From the IMG/VR virus record IMGVR_UViG_3300020231_000007: a stretch of 42,072 bases of DNA. One strand, written 5' to 3'. This stretch comes from a virus. The notes below the pieces were generated by a model. It ran no database searches and was not told the origin of the DNA. It worked only from the letters and a program-made list of their open reading frames with translations. Numbering within the stretch: the first letter of the stretch is position 1; each line of letters opens with the position of its first letter. The position numbers were made by a program, and so were the translations under genes. Positions 31,904-39,354 of this stretch are shown here, in pieces.

Positions 31904-32536
31904 ATGAGATTGTTAAACATGCCAGGCAAGAAGAAGACTAAAAGTAAAACTCCCGAAAATGTATTAGCTAATCAAGATGCGTATCTGGAAAGGCAGTCCG
32001 AGTCTAAGATCAATAGACGCCAGTATCTGATACCAGATAGGGATCATCCAATGATGGAAGATAAGGCTAAACAGTTGAGGGCAGATTACAGAGAGGAATT
32101 TAGCATAGCCCATCAGGAACAAACCAAAAAAGAACAGCAAACTTGTGGAACTATTAAAAGATGTGATTACTGTGGAGAAAAGAAGGCAGTTTCATTTTTT
32201 CGCAAAAGTAGATCCACGAAAGACGGCTATACTGATACGTGCAAACCTTGTAGGTATAGGGAAAGAAATAGACTAATTGAACCAATTAAAAATAGATCTA
32301 AGCCTAAGCCTAAGCCTAAACCTAAGCCCAAGTCTAAGCCCAAGTCTAAGCCTGTGCGGGATCGCTCTAAAACCAATAAAAGATGCGCTTTTTGTAATAC
32401 AACTAAGCCTGTTGCATCATTTTCGAGGAATGACAACTGTAAAGATGGCTATCTGTATAAGTGTAAGGCCTGTACTAATCAGCACAATACAGACAAACGT
32501 ACAGTAAAACATTTTAAAGAATACAAAGGTCAATAA
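31904..32536 (+). CDS. Basic protein with two CxxC...F...KDGY...CKxC zinc-ribbon modules joined by a (KP/KS)n linker (210 aa)
   Basis: The two modules are RCDYCGEKKAVSFFRKSRSTKDGYTDTCKPCRYR and RCAFCNTTKPVASFSRNDNCKDGYLYKCKACTNQ. It is the first gene of the rightward operon. Confidence 0.7.
   Translation: MRLLNMPGKKKTKSKTPENVLANQDAYLERQSESKINRRQYLIPDRDHPMMEDKAKQLRADYREEFSIAHQEQTKKEQQTCGTIKRCDYCGEKKAVSFFRKSRSTKDGYTDTCKPCRYRERNRLIEPIKNRSKPKPKPKPKPKSKPKSKPVRDRSKTNKRCAFCNTTKPVASFSRNDNCKDGYLYKCKACTNQHNTDKRTVKHFKEYKGQ
32300..32353 (+). repeat. Nine tandem hexanucleotide units (AAGCCT and variants) encoding KPKPKPKPKPKSKPKSKP
   Basis: Read directly; in frame within 31904..32536. Confidence 0.9.
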
Positions 32537-32555
32537 ATAAATGGAGGAATGAGCA

Positions 32556-32753
32556 ATGATTAATATAGTCGAAGAAGATGTGCCAGTGTTTGAAGCAAAT
32601 GGAACTCAATGCATGACTGTCGAGCATCATAACGTAGCTATGAATGCGCAGGTTTTACAGTTCGAAATAGCGTTGGAGTTAATTCTAAAACAGCATGGCA
32701 TAGCAGTGGAGCAGCCAGAGCAAACTAGCGAGTTCATCAGCACGATTCAATAA
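32556..32753 (+). CDS. Hypothetical protein (65 aa)
   Basis: ATGGAGGAATGAGCA then ATG, a strong GGAGGA RBS. Confidence 0.55.
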   Translation: MINIVEEDVPVFEANGTQCMTVEHHNVAMNAQVLQFEIALELILKQHGIAVEQPEQTSEFISTIQ

Positions 32754-32769
32754 AGGGAAGGGGAAAATT

Positions 32770-33030
32770 ATGGGGCAGCTTGACTGGTGTACTACAGAGT
32801 TCTTACCGAAAGACGACGCGGAAACGATTGAGCTTTTTGAAACACTCAAGGAGTTTAAATTGAAACCATATCATCACATTGATGGGGAAAAGTTTGTGAT
32901 CATGTTTGCCAATCCTTGGCAAGCAACTGACTACATCTGCAAATTCAATGAACTGTATGGGCGATTTCCAACGCAGTACGAAGACGTAGAAAACCCAGCA
33001 ATGGAAATGGAGATTCCAAATGATTCCTGA
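32770..33030 (+). CDS. Hypothetical protein (86 aa)
   Basis: GGGAAGGGGA RBS. Confidence 0.6.
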   Translation: MGQLDWCTTEFLPKDDAETIELFETLKEFKLKPYHHIDGEKFVIMFANPWQATDYICKFNELYGRFPTQYEDVENPAMEMEIPNDS

Positions 33031-33373
33031 CTGGATTGATCAAGAACTATGGGAAGGTTTTTTGGAGATCAGGAAAAAGAAAAAAGCTGTTGATTCAAAA
33101 CAAGCCATCCAGCTAATCATTAACAAGCTGATAGGGTTCAGAGAGCAGGGCTTTGATCCAAACGAGATCATTAAAGAATCAATCATGAACAGCTGGAAAA
33201 GTGTTTTTAAACCAAAAAATCAAGGGGGAAACTTTCCCACCAAATCACAAAACGTAGACGATTGGGTTAATAAAGGACCAAAAGATGCAAGATACGAGGA
33301 GGAACAGGTCAGTTTTGAAGGCTTTGCTCGATCAGATGATGGAAGTTTTGGCGAGTCCAAAACCAGTCACTGA
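33020..33373 (+). CDS. Replication-module protein (117 aa); conserved IPDWI...LW..F.E.R.KKK domain
   Basis: The N-terminal motif is common in phage replication and primosome-associated proteins. The exact function is not assignable by eye. Confidence 0.55.
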   Translation: MIPDWIDQELWEGFLEIRKKKKAVDSKQAIQLIINKLIGFREQGFDPNEIIKESIMNSWKSVFKPKNQGGNFPTKSQNVDDWVNKGPKDARYEEEQVSFEGFARSDDGSFGESKTSH

Positions 33374-33947
33374 GCTTTGGTGGAATGCTTTACAGCCATA
33401 CAACATGGAAGATATAGAAAAAGCCTGCACTATCCACCTGACAACTGAAACCTTCGCGCCAACGATAGCTCAATTGATCAAACTGATTACAAAGCACCCA
33501 ACAGCCGAGGAAGCTTGGAACGCTATTCCCAAAAATGAAGAAACCGGCGGGATGGTCAGTACTGAAATGATGGCTGCTTACATCGCTTGTGAAGACAGTA
33601 TGCTCAGGAACGACATGATAGCCGCTAGGATGGCTTTCCTTGAAGCCTACAAGCGAGCGGTAGCCCAAAGTATTGCGCAGCGTAACGAGCCTAATTTTAC
33701 CTACTCAGCGCCAAACCTTGGACCGCCAGATCATCGCGCCAGGCAAAAGCAAAACGCTATCGAATCAGCCAAGGCTTTAGGCTGGATAACAAACGATAGA
33801 GCGCAACTTATGCTTGAGCATACTGAGCAGCAAGATTTCTCTGTCCAGCGTTTGGAGTACGAAGGCACCCAAGGATCATCAGAAGTCAAAACCGAAGCAT
33901 TGAAAGAAATTAGAAATACATTAAAGGGGTTTAAAAGTGCAAATTGA
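33336..33947 (+). CDS. Helicase-loader-like protein (G39P-type N-terminal motif), 203 aa from MMEVLAS..
   Basis: LWWNALQPYNMEDIEKACTIHLTTETFAPTIAQLIKLI resembles the SPP1 G39P loader/inhibitor signature (W..L..Y....v..A.......fPP.iaei). The track start at 33285 overlaps the upstream gene by 89 nt. Confidence 0.5.
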   Translation: MMEVLASPKPVTELWWNALQPYNMEDIEKACTIHLTTETFAPTIAQLIKLITKHPTAEEAWNAIPKNEETGGMVSTEMMAAYIACEDSMLRNDMIAARMAFLEAYKRAVAQSIAQRNEPNFTYSAPNLGPPDHRARQKQNAIESAKALGWITNDRAQLMLEHTEQQDFSVQRLEYEGTQGSSEVKTEALKEIRNTLKGFKSAN

Positions 33948-34137
33948 AGATATCGGCAAAGAGCTGGAACAAATGAAAAAGGAAATAGAAAGGCTGACCG
34001 AGAAATGTGATCTTGGTGATAGGGCTTATAGTCGTGCAGTTAGGTTGCTGGATGAAGCAGACAAACTGATAAACAGTGAAGAGTTCCTAGATAAACTCGT
34101 AGCTAGAATCAGGAACAAACAATTATTTGGGGGTTAG
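33937..34137 (+). CDS. Hypothetical coiled-coil protein (66 aa, GTG start)
   Basis: AAAGGGG RBS. Confidence 0.5.
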   Translation: MQIEDIGKELEQMKKEIERLTEKCDLGDRAYSRAVRLLDEADKLINSEEFLDKLVARIRNKQLFGG

Positions 34138-34138
34138 G

Positions 34139-34324
34139 GTGGCTGATAACAAAGAAGATCTTGAAGAGCAACTGAAACAGCTAGCAATCAAGGTTTGTGA
34201 GCTAAATGGTATTGATCCGTTTGCAAAAATTGAAATCGAACAATGGCAATGGGTGGGGAATGAAGTTATACAATTCCTGGGAGCCGAACCACTAAACGAA
34301 ACACCACAAAAACTGGATAGTTAA
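34139..34324 (+). CDS. Small paralog 1 of the AIE[VL]CKIRG[IL]NP family (61 aa from GTG; track start 34127 TTG)
   Basis: Shares LKQLAIKVCELNGIDPFAKIE with the next two genes. Confidence 0.5.
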   Translation: MADNKEDLEEQLKQLAIKVCELNGIDPFAKIEIEQWQWVGNEVIQFLGAEPLNETPQKLDS

Positions 34325-34609
34325 ATGACTGAAGAACAGGAAATAAATATTGCTTTTGAAGTATGTGAGATTCAAAAACTCAACTGGGAAGAGGCGAAGA
34401 TCGCTATTGAAGTTTGCAAGATAAGAGGGCTAAACCCAAATGAGGACTTGCAACATAAAATAAATGGTACTGATGTTGGCATCCTATCAAGATGGGTATG
34501 GGTGCTCGATGAATGCAAGACAATCATTGAAGTAACTGATGCTATCAGAAGATTAGAAAAGAAAAGAAGTTTAATCCACAGGATAAAAAGGTTTTTTAGA
34601 AATGACTGA
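34325..34609 (+). CDS. Small paralog 2 (94 aa), motif present twice
   Basis: INIAFEVCEIQKLNWEEAKIAIEVCKIRGLNPNEDL. Confidence 0.6.
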   Translation: MTEEQEINIAFEVCEIQKLNWEEAKIAIEVCKIRGLNPNEDLQHKINGTDVGILSRWVWVLDECKTIIEVTDAIRRLEKKRSLIHRIKRFFRND

Positions 34610-34868
34610 AGAAGAACTGAAACAAGCTGCAATCGAACTTTGTAAGATCCGGGGGATTAACCCCTATGAGACATTACCTCACGACCCGTTAAGCGAAGAA
34701 TTGTTTATGCTTTGCAGGTCAAAATGGGAAGAAATGGTAGTTGAGATCAAAACCCACAACGAGATTCAAACTGCAATTAGAAGGGCGGATACTAAAGCCG
34801 TAGTAGGTTACGAAGAGTTCTTTAGTAAATTCGTAAGTGATGCTAGAGAAAAGGCTGAGAATGATTAA
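34602..34868 (+). CDS. Small paralog 3 (88 aa)
   Basis: MTEEELKQAAIELCKIRGINPYETL. It has the same MTEE start as paralog 2. Confidence 0.6.
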   Translation: MTEEELKQAAIELCKIRGINPYETLPHDPLSEELFMLCRSKWEEMVVEIKTHNEIQTAIRRADTKAVVGYEEFFSKFVSDAREKAEND

Positions 34869-34882
34869 TAGGGGGCGATAGG

Positions 34883-35299
34883 GTGGAAATCTTCCTAAAG
34901 AAGCTCAATCCCTCAATACTTCAAGTTTGTGATCCGGCCTCGCAAGAAGCCATCATGAAAATGAAGCTGGGTCAGACTTACAAAGCTAAGGTTACAAGGT
35001 CTCGCAATTATAAGTATCACAAGAAGTTCTTTGCTCTGCTTAACTATGCATTCCACAATCAAGACGTGTACGATAACTTTGATTCCTTCAGGTATGAGTT
35101 GATCATTCAAACAGGGCACTATAGCTGGCATGCAAGCCTTGACGGCAAGAGCTACAAAATAGCCGAGTCGATATCGTTTGATAAAATGGATGCAACCAAG
35201 TTTGAGGAATTGTTTAGTCGGTCGATAGATATTATAATTAAGCACTTTATGCCAACTGCTACCGAAGAAGAGATTCTAAACATTATAGGGTTTGATTAA
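34883..35299 (+). CDS. DUF1367 / NinB-position protein (138 aa, GTG start)
   Basis: The core RSRNYKYHKKFFALLNYAF is typical of the DUF1367 family of lambdoid nin regions. It lies directly upstream of ninG. Confidence 0.6.
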   Translation: MEIFLKKLNPSILQVCDPASQEAIMKMKLGQTYKAKVTRSRNYKYHKKFFALLNYAFHNQDVYDNFDSFRYELIIQTGHYSWHASLDGKSYKIAESISFDKMDATKFEELFSRSIDIIIKHFMPTATEEEILNIIGFD

Positions 35300-35884
35300 G
35301 TGAATAAGATCAAGCCCAAGAAGTGTAAAGTATGCAAGGGGGAATTCGTTCCCTCGAATACGCTGCAAAAAGTTTGTAGTCCGACCTGCGCATTACAGCA
35401 TGTTAGAAAAGAACAGCACAAAGTTCAAAAGAAGAAAGCCATCCAGCAAAGGAAAGAACTCAAGAAAAGGAAGGAAGCTCTTAAAACAAAGTCAGACTGG
35501 ACAAAGGAAGCACAAAAAGAATTCAATGGTTTCATTAAGGAAAGGGACAAAGATTACCACTGCATATCATGTGACAGGGAGCCAGATGGTAAGAAGCTAC
35601 TCAAGCGAGGGGCATACGATGCCGGCCATTATCTCAGCATAGGTGCCAGGTCTCACTTAAGATTCCACGAAGACAATTGTCACAAACAATGCGTATATTG
35701 TAACAGGGAGTTATCAGGAAACGCTGTCGAATACAGAATCAGGCTCATCATAAGAATAGGGCTGGAAAGAGTGGAAGCGCTGGAAAACAATTACACAATC
35801 AAACGGTTTACAATCGATGAATTGAAGGAGATAAAAATTGGATATAAAGAACGAAGAAGAGAAATCAACAAAGATATCACCTAA
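35300..35884 (+). CDS. ninG: NinG / Rap recombination endonuclease
   Basis: Aligns by eye with lambda NinG: C..C...F.P......CS..C, K/R-rich linker, W..EAQK.FN.FI.ERD.D..CISC, DAGHY, LRFHEDN.HKQCV.CN...SGN...YR..L..RIG...VE.LE. Confidence 0.9.
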   Translation: MNKIKPKKCKVCKGEFVPSNTLQKVCSPTCALQHVRKEQHKVQKKKAIQQRKELKKRKEALKTKSDWTKEAQKEFNGFIKERDKDYHCISCDREPDGKKLLKRGAYDAGHYLSIGARSHLRFHEDNCHKQCVYCNRELSGNAVEYRIRLIIRIGLERVEALENNYTIKRFTIDELKEIKIGYKERRREINKDIT

Positions 35885-35900
35885 CCCCAGGAATACAATA

Positions 35901-36047
35901 TTGTTTGAGGATCTCCGGCCTAATCAATTTGTAAGAGGGCACATAATTTGCGGGGGAATGATCCTTAATGTAAATGCATATTTCGATCCGCTTAGGGGTG
36001 TTCAGGTTACTTGCGAAGTCGATGAATTCTTTAACGGTGAGGGTTAA
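35901..36047 (+). CDS. Small hypothetical protein; start uncertain (TTG 35901 after AGGAA, or TTG 35838 as in the track)
   Basis: There is no ATG before residue 41 of the track ORF, and the long version overlaps ninG by 47 nt. Confidence 0.35.
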   Translation: MFEDLRPNQFVRGHIICGGMILNVNAYFDPLRGVQVTCEVDEFFNGEG

Positions 36048-36050
36048 ATC

Positions 36051-36239
36051 ATGATACAGGCTGCAATGTGGATAGCTAGCGTACTGTTCTTGCTGTGGGT
36101 CGCTTTGGTTGTGCTTTGTATGGCATGGCCTATCATAAAAATGCTATGGAACGGCATGACTAGGTGGATCACAAAAGAGGATTTTTACATCACTTTTGCA
36201 ACAATTGGCGTCATAGTGATCGCATCACTAATCTATTGA
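36051..36239 (+). CDS. Small 2-TM membrane protein (62 aa), last gene of the rightward early operon
   Basis: TM segments WIASVLFLLWVALVVLCMAW and ITFATIGVIVIASLIY. Confidence 0.6.
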   Translation: MIQAAMWIASVLFLLWVALVVLCMAWPIIKMLWNGMTRWITKEDFYITFATIGVIVIASLIY

Positions 36240-36266
36240 AATAATCCGCAAGTGTGGTATTGTCAA

Positions 36267-36300
36267 TACTCAACTTCCCCAAGTTGAGTACTGTCTTTGG
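36267..36300 (+). terminator. Intrinsic terminator between the convergent operons
   Basis: Perfect 10-bp stem TACTCAACTT / AAGTTGAGTA with a CCCC loop (36267-36290), followed by CTGTCTTTGGTT. Confidence 0.7.
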
Positions 36301-36353
36301 TTATATTTCTTAGGGCTAGCATCATCCCCCTTAATGGTGTTAGCCCCTTCCAT

Positions 36354-36683
36354 TTAATTACCTAGAATGCCGTGATGCTTCTCAAGTACCACTAACCTCG
36401 CAGATAACTTAGAATTATCTACTACCTGAATTTTACAGACCTCCGAAAGATACTTAAGATCCTCATCCAGTTTATCAAGACTAGCCCCCATTTTTGTTAA
36501 TACACTGCAAGTCGTATCAGTGAACTCAGCTACTTTGTTAGCCAGCTTAGTAATAGGGTTATCAGGATCAATTAAATTATCTCTAGCCTGGAACCAACTC
36601 TCAATATCGTGCGGAGAGCATCTATGGCAAAGACCATCAAGTAGATCCTTGTAATTATTCTTGCATTCTTTACACCTTAACAT
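36354..36683 (-). CDS. Hypothetical protein with N-terminal CxxC...CxxC zinc ribbon (109 aa)
   Basis: AAGGGGA RBS. Last gene of the minus-strand island. Confidence 0.6.
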   Translation of the reverse strand: MLRCKECKNNYKDLLDGLCHRCSPHDIESWFQARDNLIDPDNPITKLANKVAEFTDTTCSVLTKMGASLDKLDEDLKYLSEVCKIQVVDNSKLSARLVVLEKHHGILGN

Positions 36684-36865
36684 TTATATCCCCTTAAGCC
36701 ATTCGTTAGTATTACCAACAAAGCCCAAATTAATGGGCTTGTGTTAGGTTGTTGAACCCCTGCTTAGATTAATTAGTCCATAGTGGAATCCTCCCTGTTA
36801 GTTTATATTTCTCCTCTAATACCCACTTAACCCCCAATTAAGGAGGCTAAGTGGAAAGGTTAAAA

Positions 36866-37276
36866 TCAATCTAAACCACCATAGTAACGAACGCCATATC
36901 CTGACAATTTGAAGCTATCCATGTCATATATGGTGCAATGACCAAGATCTAGTATGACTATCTCCATACCTTCAGGGATAATAATTTTAACTGCATCTAC
37001 CCCACAAAGCCTGCCAAGAGAGAAGCCTTCTTTATTGACAGTGTAAAACCTGTCACCTTCAAAACCATCACTTTCACTAGTTACCTCCCCACCTGCATCG
37101 ATAAAAGGCCCTAACCAGGCATTGTATTCTTTGAGACTAGATGGCCTGCAATAAGCTCTGACATTCTTTAGATTTCTTTCGCTTTCAATGTCCATTTTAC
37201 GGTGTCTTGCCTCCATCTCGGCCCGTTCTTGATTGCGTTTTTTCCTAATCTTTTTCAACTGATCTTCTATACTCAT
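36866..37276 (-). CDS. Hypothetical protein (136 aa)
   Basis: AAGGGGAACAGAGTC then ATG. A 7-bp hairpin AAGCCCA/TGGGCTT lies downstream at about 36730-36749. Confidence 0.6.
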   Translation of the reverse strand: MSIEDQLKKIRKKRNQERAEMEARHRKMDIESERNLKNVRAYCRPSSLKEYNAWLGPFIDAGGEVTSESDGFEGDRFYTVNKEGFSLGRLCGVDAVKIIIPEGMEIVILDLGHCTIYDMDSFKLSGYGVRYYGGLD

Positions 37277-37344
37277 GACTCTGTTCCCCTTGTGTTATTG
37301 ATTGACCTTTTACTTGACGGCGCGAAAATGGTTTACTTGACGTA

Positions 37345-37608
37345 TTAAATATCAAGCCCATCGAAAACATGAAAAACACAATTCTCGGTCTGGTATGTGC
37401 CTATGTATACCCCTGTTTTTTCTGAAATCTTGTGTCCTGTACCATAGGTAAATATCCGATACTCAGTGTCAGCAAATTCAGGGTCAACCTTCAACCACAG
37501 GCACGGCTTGCCATTTTGTATTTGAACATCTAAATATTGAGAACCTGCGGGTGCCTTAATTACTTGAGAGTCAGTAATTTTAAGTTCTATTTTCCAGATT
37601 GTTTCCAT
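37345..37608 (-). CDS. Conserved phage protein of unknown function (87 aa from METIWKIEL..)
   Basis: The motifs W.......V...P.G...L.VQ.Q.G.P.LW..VDP....... F...GTGH.I.......YIGT.Q....VFHVF are a common phage family. The track start at 37683 overlaps the upstream gene. Confidence 0.6.
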   Translation of the reverse strand: METIWKIELKITDSQVIKAPAGSQYLDVQIQNGKPCLWLKVDPEFADTEYRIFTYGTGHKISEKTGVYIGTYQTENCVFHVFDGLDI

Positions 37609-37651
37609 CTTAATTTCCACTTTAGTTGTAAAGTATTGGTTTACTGCTGGC

Positions 37652-37840
37652 TCAATCCGCATAAGCATAAGTATTAATTTCACATCCGCTTATAACTAGA
37701 ATAGAATCATCAGCGAATGTCCATTTAGTGCTTTCGTTTTCAACATCCTGATCAATATCAATAGCTATATCATCAGCTTCATTCATCATTGCGTTAGTAT
37801 TGTCTTTATGAAAACTTACTATCATTTCTGCTTTGTTCAT
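37652..37840 (-). CDS. Highly acidic 62-aa protein
   Basis: By my count 14 D/E versus 3 K and no R. It is the first gene after the promoter at 37878-37906. Confidence 0.55.
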   Translation of the reverse strand: MNKAEMIVSFHKDNTNAMMNEADDIAIDIDQDVENESTKWTFADDSILVISGCEINTYAYAD

Positions 37841-37877
37841 TTTGTTTCCCCTTGCTTGTTTGCTTTAACTTGAAACC

Positions 37878-37906
37878 ATTATGTACTGTATCACTCATAC
37901 AGTCAA
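37878..37906 (-). promoter_or_regulatory. Promoter with 17-bp dyad operator (site 4)
   Basis: Minus-strand reading: TTGACT-17 nt-CATAAT. The dyad is CTGTATCACTCATACAG (37886-37902). Confidence 0.65.
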
Positions 37907-37936
37907 TGGTTTTAATTAATTACTGCTGGCTTAGTA

Positions 37937-38188
37937 TTACTTTACGCACTTGAAGCCATGCTGATTAAACAAAGATCTTACTGTTCCAACATCAGACTTA
38001 AGTTCACTAGTGTTAGTGTCAAAATAAGTTTTAGCTTTCTTCAAACTCTTCTCTTCCATTGCTGAGTAAGTAGCCTGCTTGATTATCGCCTTGCAAGATT
38101 CAACTGTTAAGTAAATCCGCTTCATGGCACCCTTCTCCCAAACCTTTCCGCCAACCTTTAAAACGCTTTCTGTAGTTAGGTTGCTCAT
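37937..38188 (-). CDS. Hypothetical protein (83 aa)
   Basis: AAAGGGAAAG RBS. It has its own promoter at 38227-38255. Confidence 0.6.
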   Translation of the reverse strand: MSNLTTESVLKVGGKVWEKGAMKRIYLTVESCKAIIKQATYSAMEEKSLKKAKTYFDTNTSELKSDVGTVRSLFNQHGFKCVK

Positions 38189-38226
38189 GATCTTTCCCTT
38201 TTGTTTGTTTGTCTTGATTGATATGA

Positions 38227-38255
38227 ATATTAGACTGTATCACTCATACAGTAAA
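38227..38255 (-). promoter_or_regulatory. Promoter with 17-bp dyad operator (site 5)
   Basis: Minus-strand reading: TTTACT-17 nt-TAATAT. The dyad is CTGTATCACTCATACAG (38235-38251). Confidence 0.65.
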
Positions 38256-38285
38256 TAGATTAGATGAGATAAATTAAAAGAGTTT

Positions 38286-38304
38286 TTAGTACTATCGTTC
38301 CAAT
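38286..38304 (+). repeat. Direct repeat R1 TTAGTACTATCGTTCCAAT
   Basis: One of three 19-nt repeats (consensus TTAGTAC-N-ATCGT-W-CCA) upstream of terS. Confidence 0.85.
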
Positions 38305-38353
38305 TAAATGATCCGTCTATAATTTAGACACATGAACACAAAAGAGGCCACTA

Positions 38354-38381
38354 TTGACTATCAATGAACAGTGCGTATACT
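38354..38381 (+). promoter_or_regulatory. Sigma70-like rightward promoter for the packaging and late operon
   Basis: TTGACT-16 nt-TATACT. Repeat R2 starts 3 nt after the -10. Confidence 0.55.
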
Positions 38382-38383
38382 AG

Positions 38384-38402
38384 TTAGTACGATCGTTCCA
38401 GA
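38384..38402 (+). repeat. Direct repeat R2 TTAGTACGATCGTTCCAGA
   Basis: See R1. It contains the palindrome ACGATCGT. Confidence 0.85.
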
Positions 38403-38452
38403 ACTACGCTTCGTTGCGGGTTCAACAAATGGAGCGGTCGTGACAATTCAAG

Positions 38453-38471
38453 TTAGTACCATCGTACCAAT
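38453..38471 (+). repeat. Direct repeat R3 TTAGTACCATCGTACCAAT
   Basis: See R1. It lies 32 nt upstream of the terS start. Confidence 0.85.
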
Positions 38472-38502
38472 CAATATAAACTGAACTGAGATTAAGCTAT
38501 CT

Positions 38503-38940
38503 ATGACTACTTTTCGTGAACTCAAGCCACTAGGACGGCCAGCTTTTGAGGTTACGGAAGAGATATTGGAGCAAGCTTTTAAGTTCAGATCTGAAGGATT
38601 CACCGTAGAACAAACCGCGCATAACATGGGAACCTGTAAAGCAACTCTCTGTAAATATCAAGCAATTAATACAGACTTGGCAGACGCTTTAAAAATGGGT
38701 AAGACGTTTGGCATACAGCCCGCTATTAACCAATTAAGAAAAAAAGTTGAAGAGGGTGACATTGCTGCAATTATTTATAATCTAAAATGTTTCGGTGGTG
38801 ATGAGTTTAGACCTGATAAACCAGTGTCAAACATAGAGATACATAACAACAGTGATATCTCAGATGTCGAATTGGCTACCAAAATAGAAAAGGCATTAAA
38901 TGGTAGAATAGAAAAAGAGAACAAGGAAGAAGATTCATAA
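38503..38940 (+). CDS. terS: Small terminase subunit candidate (HTH N-terminus)
   Basis: The pattern LGRP.F.......E.A...R.EG.T.EQ.A...G....TL.K is like many TerS N-terminal HTH domains. It is the first gene of the packaging operon. Confidence 0.55.
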   Translation: MTTFRELKPLGRPAFEVTEEILEQAFKFRSEGFTVEQTAHNMGTCKATLCKYQAINTDLADALKMGKTFGIQPAINQLRKKVEEGDIAAIIYNLKCFGGDEFRPDKPVSNIEIHNNSDISDVELATKIEKALNGRIEKENKEEDS

Positions 38941-38962
38941 ATGATAGCCAACGAGGTTTATC

Positions 38963-39166
38963 ATGAGAAACAAAGTAAGAAGAAAGATCAAAAACAAATT
39001 AAACACAATGCATATAGATGACTACACCAGAATTAAAATGATGCCACTTGCAAGAGCATTAAGAATGAGACAGAACATCGATCGAGATCATCCAACCAAC
39101 AAGCCCATCACCTCTATATTAGTTAACAGAAGATTAGGTCAATTTAATGGAGCTGGTCCACGATGA
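38963..39166 (+). CDS. Basic hypothetical protein (67 aa)
   Basis: GAGG RBS. Lies between terS and terL. Confidence 0.5.
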   Translation: MRNKVRRKIKNKLNTMHIDDYTRIKMMPLARALRMRQNIDRDHPTNKPITSILVNRRLGQFNGAGPR

Positions 39167-39354
39167 AAGATATAGCCCTCGAAGCCATCAAGAATATAAG
39201 AGATAAGTTTATACAAGACGATCAATTTGAAAGTGTTGATAGTCGAATGATTCAGATGGTTGGTATTGATGAAAACGGTAAGGACCGAACCGGGGAAATG
39301 TATCGAGTCTCTAAGGACGGCAGATCAGAGAGGCTGGACCAAGACGATGAATAA
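39163..39354 (+). CDS. Hypothetical protein (63 aa)
   Basis: ATGA overlap with the upstream gene. Confidence 0.5.
   Translation: MKDIALEAIKNIRDKFIQDDQFESVDSRMIQMVGIDENGKDRTGEMYRVSKDGRSERLDQDDE

Noticed and set aside
24706-38251. The 17-bp dyads as canonical LexA SOS boxes
   Set aside because: The arms match CTGT/ACAG, but the spacer is 9 nt (CTGT-N9-ACAG), not the 8 nt of the gammaproteobacterial consensus. I report them as SOS-box-like operators of unknown binder rather than as LexA sites.
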